Shown: positions 10,954 to 22,600 of the stretch, in pieces | How the letters are laid out: the number at the start of each line of letters is the position of its first letter | How positions within the stretch are numbered: the stretch's first letter is position 1 | NCBI GenBank assembly: GCA_950097015.1 | Contig: CATNEN010000003.1 | Coordinates: forward strand, 186,001 to 250,000 | Direction of reading: 5' to 3' | Length of the DNA stretch: 64,000 nt | From: Macrostomum hystrix | Lineage: Eukaryota; Animalia; Platyhelminthes | Program-made: the position numbers and the translations under genes | Notes under the pieces: model-generated | Database searches by the model: none | What the model was told of the DNA's origin: nothing | The model's input: only the letters and a program-made list of their open reading frames with translations

Positions 10954-11821
10954 ACATGTATCGATGTATGTTATAGGGCCTAATACTTTTATTTTTGTTA
11001 TATTAAATTCCATTGTATTCCATGGTTCATTGTTCATATACTGTACATGTAATTTTAATCTGGCTAACGGGGCATTTCATATGTAATGTAACAATGGGCC
11101 TGGGCACCAAGAAATCAATCACATGTACATGCATATGTAAGCATGTACTAAACATTTTAAGTATATGGTAAAACAAAGCACAAAACCAAAAAGTACAAGC
11201 CATGAAGCATGCCTTTGTGTGTGTGCATGTATAGGCTAACTTTCATAGTAACTGGACAAATAGTAATGTATAGTATTTATCCAGTAGCCATGCAATGGTT
11301 AATGTAAGAATTTTGCTCCCGCACCCCCTTGTTTTTTAGGGGAAATATAATGGGAAAGCACAGTATTGATCCCCTAATCGAAAACTAGCATTGTATGCAT
11401 ATTGAAGTGTATAGGACAACTGAATGAACCTAAATGCTATATGCATTTTTGGGTACCGGATAAAACGCGGAAACGGACGCGGATCCGGACCGGATGCGTC
11501 GGAAAAAACGCGGATTGCGGAAACAGATGCAGATGCGGAACGGAAATATAGATAAAAAGCGTATAACGAATGGCAGAAACGGATAAAAAACGAGTTACAT
11601 CGGCTGACTAACTATTAGTCAGACACTTTAAACTTGTTGTTTAAACGTTTCATTCTAGTTTTGACTTTGCTATTTATTTTTTTATTATAATATTTTACGT
11701 TTTTTAAATACATTTTTCCTTTTTGTGCTTCTTGGGTACATCATTTTACGCTCCAAATAAACTTCTTAAAATTACATTACACATGAACTTTTTGTAAATT
11801 CAAAACATGAACTTGAAAAAA

Positions 11822-11857
<36 letters not shown>

Positions 11858-12324
11858 TTTAGCAACTCCTCTTTAATAAACTATCCGATTTTAATGTGAG
11901 TTTGACCCCACTATGCATTTACCAAAATACTGAATGCTAAATTCAAAATACCAATGTTCTGACAATTTTTAACACCATGGCTCAGTGCCCAAATATTCAT
12001 TGCCTAGTTACCTGATTTACCTATCGCAAAATTTCTCTCGATCTATTTCTTTTATTTTTATTGAACCAAAACTTCGGACTTTCTAAAAATTTTATAATTC
12101 TAAATCACTATTTTTTACTTTTATATTTATATTTTAATAGAAATGTTTTAATACAAGAAAATAAATACAGCAGTAGAGCCCCCACAAGGGCTGACCTGCA
12201 GTCCAGATTGGACAAGGCCGTTTAACAACAATGTGCGTTTGACAGGGTTGCTAATTAATTGTTTCAACAAATTCTCTAGTTTTTTTCGTTAAATATCGTA
12301 ATAATTTTAACTGCTAAATCAAAT

Positions 12325-12581
12325 GGAAGTGGCTATTCGTACGGCAGTCCGGAAATATTAAATCCAATAATTCACCATGAGAAAGCTTGCCGCAGGTTGG
12401 CGAACACGTATAATTTTATCATCTAACCGTGCAGAAAATTATAATATCAAACAGTTTTTATTCATAAGAAAAATCTGCAAGCATCGCAGTTTACATTTTA
12501 GATTTGTTATAACTCGTTTCATCATTTCTTGGAAATGCACTACAAGATAGGAGATTCTGCCGTACGATCATAGCCACTACC
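12325..12581. mobile_element. Mutator-type MITE
   Basis: TIRs gg(a/t)agtggctat..tcgtacggcag; 9-bp TSD AAATCAAAT at 12316-12324 and 12582-12590. Confidence 0.75.
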
Positions 12582-13345
12582 AAATCAAATATCGATTTTG
12601 AACTTTTCTTAAGTTTTTATTTAACATCTGATTCTCACTCTTTTTAACTGATCTCCAGCTTTATAGTTTCTTGCAGTTTTGACATTTTTGTAAAATTAAT
12701 ACTTGATTTTTTTCCCTGTAGTGTCGGCATGTTTGTTATATAATGCGTATATTTCTACTTGAAGTAACTTATTCGCGCACGTCAATATTAATGAATTATT
12801 ATAATGTATGTTTTGGGTTAGTCGTTAGTGCATGCGCGCCCCAGCCCAAGCCTACGCACGCGACCGGCCGGTCACCCTGATCTAATAGCCAAGGCATCGG
12901 ACCAACCCCGGTCTGGTGGGCCCCGCCAATAGGAAGACGGCTGGCCAATCTGATGCGACCCTACTCAAGCGTGACAGCCCGGGCCGGGCCAATCAGCGGC
13001 CAGTTCGTTAACCGGTAGGGTCGACCTGGCAGTGGAACGAGCGGCGCGGTCGGCACCCAGGCTTTGATGGGGGCTGTGGCGGGCATTTGACTATATATAC
13101 TAACTATTGCGTTGTAAAGGCCCCTTTGTCCTCCTTTTCTTTTCCGTGTTGTTACGCATTCTATCTGCCGTTTCCTCCACGCGTGCAGAGAGCTGCTCGA
13201 AGAAGCTCGAGCCTCATCTGGGCGGCCGTGGCAGCAGGGGGTGCGTAAATACAGAACAGGGCGAGAATTCCAGTCGCGAAGCCGGACGTCCACCCGAGAC
13301 AAGGAAGAGCAGCGATATAGCTCTGCTGCAGTCTCGGGCCAATCA

Positions 13346-14212
13346 CAAGGACCACTGTAGTATAACAGGACGGGAAACTCAAAGATCGTGTAAATTTTTA
13401 GAAGGCCGATTTCCTGGAAAAAATACACTGCGGAGATAGGAAAAAGTCATTTTTTCAGCACATAATCAATTATTGCTTTTGATCTGGAGCAAGTTCAAAT
13501 CCGTTCATCTTAGTACAGCATGCCCAACATTAAGCTCCGTTGTTTTTATATAGCTTCGTTTATAAAAGTCTTATTTTCACATATATATACTATATAATAG
13601 TGTCTTGAATCTATATAGACTATAGACTAGCACATTTAATGGCTCAAAATATGATAGCTAAATATTCTTAATTTGGCCTAAATTGTTTGAATTAACAAAT
13701 TAGCTAAATAGTTTGGCAAAACTAACAGCCAAAAATTAATTAACTTACTTGGTTGCATTAAAATCACTTTGAAATTTGTTGTACCTTTATAGCTATATAG
13801 TTACTGTTATATTAGTTAACTTTTTTGGCTGTTAGTTTTGCCAAACTATTTAGCTAATTTGTTAATTCAAACAATTTAGGCCAAATTAAGAATATTTAGC
13901 TATCATATTTTGAGCCATTAAATGTGCTAGTCTATAGTCTATATAGATTCAAGACACTATTATATAATATATATATGTGAAAATAAGACTTTTATAAACG
14001 AAGCTATATAAAAACAACGGAGCTTAATGTTGGGCATGCTGTACTAAGATGAACGGATTTGAACTTGCTCCAGATCAAAAGCAATAATTGATTATAGTGC
14101 TGAAAAAATGACTTTTTCCTATCTCCGCAGTGTATTTTTTCCAGGAAATCGGCCTTCTAAAAATTTACACGATCTTTGAGTTTCCCGTCCTGTTATACTA
14201 CAGTGGTCCTTG
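13346..14212. mobile_element. 867-bp palindromic MITE/foldback element with ~390-bp TIRs, P-element-like ends
   Basis: 13346-13735 is a near-perfect reverse complement of 13820-14212. Ends are CAAGG...CCTTG; 8-bp TSD GCCAATCA at 13338-13345 and 14213-14220. Confidence 0.88.
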
Positions 14213-15462
14213 GCCAATCAGTGCTGGCCAACTCCTCGACGACCTCGTTGATCCGCTGAGTGTGTCCTGTGGTAGAACTGGGGCTCGGTAGGCTAGTGGT
14301 GAGCCTCATGGTCTCCGGCGCCGCCCGGAAGACCCCGGCCGATGAACTCGTATGGCAGCAGCTCGGCGCCACGTTGAAGGCCTCGCCGGTTTCGCTCGCG
14401 ACGGCGCTCAACTCGCCGATGCGCGCTCCGCTGCCCCCGTTTTGTCCTGCCGCTGTTTGCCGTCGCAGCAGTAAAGCGCGGCTCACCGTCTTGACCACGA
14501 GGAGGTCGCGGCGGAGTGCAAATAAATTAGGAATTTAAAATAAAGAGAAGTAAATAAAATATGGATTAACAATAATTATAAAATATTTATTTATAGCGCT
14601 AGTGTACATCCTCCTTTCCCCCGGTCTGGGGTGCATTTGCTATGGTTAGTATATTTAGTAACTATATGAAACATTAGCCTATCGCAAGTACACATAAAGC
14701 GCCAGCTAGAAAATCTACACTTTTTGTCTCCGGGCTCCGTATGGTCGTTTTCAAGTGTCAGACTAAATAGTTTGTATCTGATGTAACTCGTTTTTATCCA
14801 GTTTTTAGCCATTCGCTATCCGCGTTTTATCCATTATTTCCGTTCCGCATCCGCATCCGTTTCCGCAATCCGCGTTTTACTAACTTATTTCCGTATTCCG
14901 CGTTTATCCGACGCATCCGGTCCGGAGCCGAGCCCTAGAAAGGGCCAGCCACAAAATGGGACGAAAACTGGCTAAAAGAGAAAGATAACTCTGGGCTTTG
15001 TGAACTTGTGGTTACTGCTTATGAATTTTACCATTTATTTAGGTTTTAAACAATTAATCTAATGCTGCGGTATTTTTTTTAATCAAGCGCTAATATTTCA
15101 TTGCTTGCCAGTGGCAACTATGATTGTGTTGCTATGCCCATGGGCCATGGCTAGCTATAAATTGAAATAATAATACAATTTGTCCATTAAAAAACTGAAA
15201 CTAGGAAATTTGGACCCCCAAATTATAATGGTCCCCTAAATCAAAACTAGGAGTATTTAGTGCCCCTCTAATCTGAAAGAATGCCAAATTGTTTTAGTTG
15301 CCCAATGTTTTCGTCATATTTAGGTCTGTTTTTCTATTATATTTCCTAAGGTTTCTTAGCCTGTCCTATTTCTTTACTTCTGAACTACTGAAAAAGGTAG
15401 ACAACATAGTTTCTTGACTTTCTCTACCTATGTTTTTTTCTCTAGGCCAAGGATTGGCTATA

Positions 15463-16105
15463 GGGTAATGTATCATCAACCAAACAAGAATGTGTATTTT
15501 TTTACTTCAAACCTAAGCTACCAATTTTCTATTTAAGATATGATGATAAATCAAAAGTCAAGTTATAGAAAACAGTTACATCTTTCTAAAAAGTATCTGC
15601 TTTTGCTATTTTGTCAGATAGAAAAAAAGTTATTCCTGCTTTTTTATCTAAAACCGAACAATGATTTTCATGTACCTTCAAACCAAACAGAGAATTTGAT
15701 GTATGGTTTTAAAATTTGAGTGAGTGGTTTAATCTTATTTTAAGGAGTGATCTATCATGAATTATGTCATTTGAAAGCATTTTTCATGCTCTATAAATAA
15801 CTACATTTGTGGTCATTTAATTGGCAGGCAACCACATACAATCTTTGTCTAAAGTACATACTGAAAAAATGTTGTTAAAAAGTATGCTTTTGCAATAAAA
15901 ATTTCTACTGAAACATCAATATCTTTCTTTCCTCTTAATGCTTCATTGCACATCATGCCTCAGCTTGTAGATAATTTCTTCAACTTTCAAATTAGTTGTT
16001 CTGTGAAACACAATAGCTTGTTTCTGTCTTGCACGAGACCAAGGAACGAGTCAATATTATTGTTCGGTTTTGAAGATACACTGTTCAGTTGATGATACAT
16101 TACCC
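15463..16105. mobile_element. MITE with ~24-bp TIRs and TA flanks
   Basis: ta-gggtaatgtatcatcaac ... gttgatgatacattaccc-ta. Confidence 0.75.
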
Positions 16106-16675
16106 TATGTAATTTAGCTGTTTGAGGGTGATATAGCTCACCATTATATGATATTCTAATGAGTAAATTTTACTTCTTACACATTGTAGCAGCATATAGC
16201 TTTATTATACTATTAACAGTTAAGAGAACTCTGCAATAATCAGTGTACATATGGGTTGTAAACCAAGGCCAATATGTCCAGGTTGTTTATTTGGGTTTGT
16301 TCCACTTATTGGTTTTGCTGTCTTGCAAATATCCTACCTTTCACTTTAGTTTATAGGGCCTAATGGATTACTGAAGTAAATAGATACAATACTTTTTGTG
16401 TCACTCAAATTTGTCAGAACTGGGATCTATGAGACACTGTTAGTAATATGCATACATGCGCAACACCCGGCCAAACCAGCCAGGTGAAACAAGGGCCAAG
16501 CAAGGTAAGTCGCAAAAACCAATTGACCAAGCGCAAAAAAAATAAAGGGGGGACCAAGGGACAAAAAAGGAAGGCATGAAGAAAAGGAAAAGTGGAGAGA
16601 AAAAGAGAGCAAATGAGAGCAAACTATTTATAGTTATAGCAATATACTAGTACAAAACATTGTTTTCAGAACTAG

Positions 16676-19600
16676 ATGGTGCTGTTTACTAGCTCTGTTC
16701 TGTGTGGCATTTGTGCTGGTACAGCAATTTTAGCTGTAAGCATTTTCACCACAGGCTTCTTTCCTGATGTTGGAAAATCTGTGGTTTTTTCGGGAGTACA
16801 GTCTGTTATTGCAGGTAATTAAATACAAGCACTAAGCATTTTATAAATGTTGATGTTGGCAAATCGGTGTATGAATTAGACTGAGTGCACCAAAAACACA
16901 TTCTTCATACAGACAGACGCTGTAGTGCTAGAAAGACAGTGCTGCTGCTTATTGATGCTCTCAGGCGGGACATGATATTTGCCGATGGTGAGGGCACAGC
17001 CACTCAGACAATGCCATTTCTCAGCAGTGCAAGGAGCCAGCTAGGCAGGCGGGCAGCCAGCAGGAATAGCTTTAGTGCTGTTGTTCGAGTTCAGGCCCCT
17101 ACAGTCACGCTGCCTAGAATAAAGGTGCGTATCGTGCACAAGTGTAGCTTATTGATGAGTTGGGGAAGCACATGTTAGACTAGTGGTGGATTGGATGTGA
17201 TAGCACATGTTAGACTAGCTGGGGGGTAGTAACAGTAGATCGGATGAGATAGCACATGTTAGACTAGCTGGGGGTAGTAACAGTAGATTGGATGTGATAG
17301 CACATGTTAGACTAGCTGGGGGTAGTAACAGTAGATCGGATGCGATAGCACATGTTAGAATAGCTAGGGGGTAGTAACAGTAGATCGGATGCAATAGCAC
17401 ATGTTAGAATAGCTAGGGGGTAGTAACAGTAGATCGGATGTGATAGCACATGTTAGACTAGCTGGGGGGTAGTAACAGTAGATCGGATGCAATAGCACAT
17501 GTTAGAATAGCTAGGGGGTAGTAACAGTAGATCGGATGCGATAGCACATGTTAGAATAGCTAGGGGGTAGTAACAGTAGATCGGATGTGATAGCACATGT
17601 TAGACTAGCTGGGGGGTAGTAACAGTAGATCGGATGCGATAGCACATGTTAGAATAGCTAGGGGGTAGTAACAGTAGATCGGATGCGATAGCACATGTTA
17701 GAGTAGCTGGGGTACGAGCATGTAGAAAGTGCTAGACTGGTTTTTGCATAAGTAAACCAGTACCACTTGACTGGTTGAATAAATTTTAGACAAAACAAAT
17801 TTGGGTTTGTTATTCCAATTACAGTGCCTTACGACCGGACGGGTGCCCGGCTTCCTTGACGTATTGTGGAATTTTTTTGCCTCGGAGCTGACTATGGACA
17901 GCATTGTGGTGCGCTGGCGGGCAGCCAATCGTAATGTGCACTTTTACGGCGACGACACTTGGACGAAAATGTTTCCGCAAGGCTTCGCTAGGTTTGAAGG
18001 CGTATCGTCATTTTTTGCCAGCGATTTCTACGAGGTAAACGGAGAAAGCGAAATAATTTTTTCTTTCTTGGAAATTTAGCTTTTCGAACGTACCCTTTCT
18101 AGACATATTTATACTCAGCTGTATTCAGCTGTTCCTCTGGGTATTCAGCTGTTCCTCAAAGCATTAAGCTGTTCCTCTAGGTATTCAGCTGTTCCTCTGG
18201 ATATTCAGCTGTTCCTCTGGGTATTCAGATGTTCCTCTGGGTATATAGCTGTTCCTCTGGTTATTCAGCTATTCCACTGGGTATTCAATTGTTCTTCTGG
18301 ATATTGAGCTATTCCACTGGGTATTCAGTTGTTCCTCTGGGTATTAGGCTGCTGGATGTTTGCTAAAAAACTATAAGCCTGAAGATTAGTGCTCTTAAGG
18401 GCTCTTTGATTATCTCTTTAGAGGTGTTTTCCACAGGTGGACAAAAATGTGACTAGAAACCTACGCGCTGCATTGGCCGACCTGGACACCTGGGAGGTGC
18501 TTATTTTGCACTACCTAGGCCTGGACCATATTGGCCACATAGAGGGGCCGAATAGCCGCCTTATTCCAGCTAAACTGGCCGAAATGGACTCGGTCATTGA
18601 ATCCATTGTTACTGCTCTAAGAACTCAGGTGAGATACGGTTAATCACTAATTCACCTCACTAAATAAATCGATTGAGTCGCCTCTATCGGCGCCTGGCTT
18701 ACAGTCGGCGGACTGGTTGTTAGTCCTGACTAGCGACCACGGGATGAGCGATCTGGGCGGCCACGGCGGCGCTTCACCGTCTGAGACGCAAACTCCGCTG
18801 GTGCTACTGACCAGCGTATCCTTAGCAGAACAGCACGCGGGCCATCAGCTACCTGTGCTTGAGCAGACGGACCTGGTCAATTTGCTGTCCGCCTGGACTG
18901 GCGTCCAGCCGCCGCGTGGCAGCCTCGGCCTTCTGCACCCGTCGCTGTCCGGCGTCGCGTGTGGTAACAGTATCAGCAGCGTCTCTGCGTTGCTAAGCAA
19001 CAACTGGCTCGACCTGCTGGAACTGGAAGCCGAGACAGATTCTAAGCCAGGTATGGTGTCTGGCTAATTTATCGTTCGAGTTATTTAGCATTTAGTAATA
19101 CCTGTAAGGTATAAGGTTTTAGGCTTGTAAGTAAGGACGTTGCTCAACGTAGCTCAGTGACTAGGGCTTTGGACAGCCATATGAATATGAACTGGAGTTC
19201 ACCCAGCTATAATGGCTACATCATTTGTAGTGGTAGGGGACAATCAATAACTGTTAGAATAACTGCGGAATAGCTGTAGCTGTGTCAATGGCTGTTACAT
19301 ACAACCTTATTCTACACTGTCTATATGGGTATTATTATCCAAACTGTACGAAAAGTGGAGCTTCTAGCCAAGTGGTTAGATGGCTTCTGATTTAAAGGCC
19401 CGGAGTTCGAATTTCAGCCCAAGTGGGACAATTTGTGTCCTTGAGGAAACAAAATTTAATTCTTTGAATTACTTAAAATCACACTACTAGAAGTAGCACA
19501 ATCAGAAAAAAGTTTCTAAATGTATTCCATTCGCCTGATTGCATGGTCATACCAGGTGGCTTCAACCGAAGCGACTGGTCTAAGTGGTGTGCCAACGCAC

Positions 19601-22600
19601 CAGGCGAATGCTACAAAGCTGCTAGACGAGCACAGCGGGGCCTGGTGTACGCCTCCGCAGAGTACAGTCTGTCACGGATGCTGTTGGGCCTGGCTCTAGG
19701 CTGCATCTCCTGCTGCATGCGCCTGCCTGCCTTTTGGCATGGCTTGCTGCCAATTCAAGTGCGCCCAGACCCGTCACCTGCTCTGGCTAGGGTTTGTGCT
19801 TACTGAACTGTTCTACTACCCTTTAAACTTTCGTGCCGACGCTAGCCTCCGCCATATATATCCCCATATTATTATTCAACCCAGTGAGCTGCATCCATTT
19901 GAGCGAATGCAATGACCTTTCATCAACGCACTGCCTCTAAAAGATTGATCGATCACAAAAAGTAGGGAGTATATTCATACATCTTCATTTCAGCACTCTA
20001 ACCCGAACCGTTCCAGATATCCAGCCTGACCGCGGCATTGCTGACCTTCGGCACCTGCCTGGCACCAGCCCTGATCTATGCGTCCACCAGCTTGATAGAG
20101 GAGGAGCACCAGCTATGGTACTTCGCCTGCACCAGTCTGTGTGCGTGCCTCCTACTGACCGCTTGCTTGGCGTTTTATGGCTGCCGCCTAAGCCGGCGCC
20201 TACAACTGCTGGGTTCTGCCCTGTTGCCCCTGGTAGCATTTCGCATTGCCCGATGCTTCAATCAAACTGGTGACAAATGGGCCCACCTGCCTGACCTGGA
20301 TGATGAGCTGCGAAGCTGGCCAATAACATACGCTTCCCTGCTTACCGTTTGTGTGTGCCTTTTGTGCCGCTTTATCAACACCCGCCTTAGCTGCGCTACT
20401 GGCGCGTCACTCAGCAATGCGCGCCGCCTCGCTCTGATTGGCTACAGTTGTTGTGCTGTTTTGCTACGCTGTCGCCAAGTGCTTGGCAACAGTACTGATC
20501 CTTTGCTTGGCTTCGTTGGTCTGTTGCTAGCCGCAGTGTGGACATTCAGCGGATGTTGTGGGCAAGGTTTCGCTGTATCCGCTGCCGGTGGCCTCTTGAT
20601 GTGTCAGCTAGTGTTGGCCAGTCGGCCATCAAATTGTGCCGTCCTGTGCCTACACTGTCTGGCTGTTGGGCCACCTCTGGCCAGGCAGCTGATCTCGGTC
20701 GATTCTGGAGACTGTCGGGAGCGCTACCTGCTCGCGCTAGCGTTTTTCTGGTTGGGCCAGGCGCTACACTTTCAGCTGGTCAGTATCAGTTTGCTAACTT
20801 ATTGCTATCAAAAGGCTCAGTTAGTCTCTATTGCTGTCTTATTGTTGTACCAGAATAGAACTCCTTTTTTCTGGTTGGTCAGAATTTGTGCTTAAGATTC
20901 TCCAACTGCTCAGGAATTGTACTTAAGATTCTCTGACTGGTCAGGAATTGTGCATAAGATTCTCTGACTGGTCAGGAATTGTACTTAAGATTCTCTGACT
21001 GGTCAGGAATTGTACTTAAGATTCTCTGACTGCTCAGGAATTGTACTTAAGATTCTCTGACTGGTCAGGAATTGTACTTAAGATTCTCTGACTGCTCAGG
21101 AATTGTACTTAAGATTCTCTGACTGGTCAGGAATTGTACTTAAGATTCTCTGACTGCTCAGGAATTGTACTTAAGATTCTCTGACTGCTCAGGAATTGTA
21201 CTGTGAAGGTTGTGGGTGTACATTGTACACTTTTATTCCTGCCGCTTGGGTTGGTCGGTTCAGACAACCCCAAGCGGTTACGTAATTCGCTTTGTCATAA
21301 ATATCGCTTGCACGCAAATATACTAATCAACCGTTTTCGCAAATCTTACACTGGTGGCAGCGGTGACTCTTGCTAAGCGAACTCTAAAATCTGCACAGTC
21401 ATGGCCACGGCAAACAGTGCACTTTTACCGCCAAAATTTTCTGGCACTGACAAGGCCGACATAAGGACTTGGCTGCGACTCTTCGAAGAATTCGCCGAAG
21501 ATGCTGAATGGGACGACGCCAAGTCTGCTCGGAAACTGAAGTTGCTACTGACTGGAGAAGCTCAGATGTACGTCTGGGATTTGCCAGAAGCCAAATCAAA
21601 GAGTTACCAGACGCTGCTTCCTGCCCGCTCTGTGAAGGTCGTCACCGTCAAGGTGGACGCTGTTGGCGCTAAAGGCGTCTTTGAGCCGACCCAAGATTTC
21701 ATTGACCGATCCGGCCTCCTGCCATGCCGTGTTTTTGCGGTGTCGACGGATGCAGGCGAGCTGCCGGTGCGCGTGTGCAACTTAGGAAGCGAGCCGGTGC
21801 TGCTCTACCCCAACCAGTCGATGGGGACATTCGAGGGCGCTGAGGCAGTCGAAGAGAACGGCGAGCTTCACAGCTGGGAGCCTGGTGACCAAGTTTTCAA
21901 CATCAACCCTAGTCTAGCATGCAGCGAGAAGGTGCAGTTGACTGACCTGCTGAAGGACTACATGGACACGGTATCCCAGCATGAGTTCGACCTCGGCTCG
22001 GCAGTCGGAATGCAGCACCAGATCCAGCTGAATGAATCGGCACGTCCTGTGCGACAGCGACCTAGGCGTCTTGCGCTGCAGCTACGGAAGCCGGTCGAAG
22101 AGAAGCTGAGGCTGATGCAGCAGAATGGGGTTATTGAGCCCTCAACCAGCCCTTGGGCCAGCAACCTCATCGTCGCTAAGAAAAAGAACAACGATATCCG
22201 CATCTGCGTTGACTGGCGCGCGCTCAATGACCTCACGGTAAAAGATGCGCATCCGCTTCCACATCTACATCAAGCTCTGGACGCCTTGGCCGGCTGCTCG
22301 TGGTTTTCAACAATCGATCTGCGCCAGGGCTTCCTGCAGGTAGAGCTGAAAGAGGAGGATCGACCAAGGACGGCTTTCTACACACCTAGTGGCCTGATGC
22401 AGTTCCGGAAAATGGGATTCGGAATGTGCAATGCTCCCGCAACCTACCAGCGAATGATGGAGCTCATAATGTCTGGCCTCACCTGGGAGGAAGTGATCGC
22501 CTACATCGACGACATAATCATCTTTAACAAGAGCTTCAGTGAACACCTGGCTTCCCTACGGAAGGTGCTGAACAGGCTGAGGTCAGCTAACCTCAAACTG

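Larger units (their letters stand above)
11484..14937. mobile_element. hAT-like non-autonomous element defined by inverted CGGA-rich subterminal blocks
   Basis: 11484-11601 is an imperfect reverse complement of 14780-14925. Right terminus reads TAGGGCTCGG on the minus strand. Left terminus and TSD not found. Confidence 0.5.
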
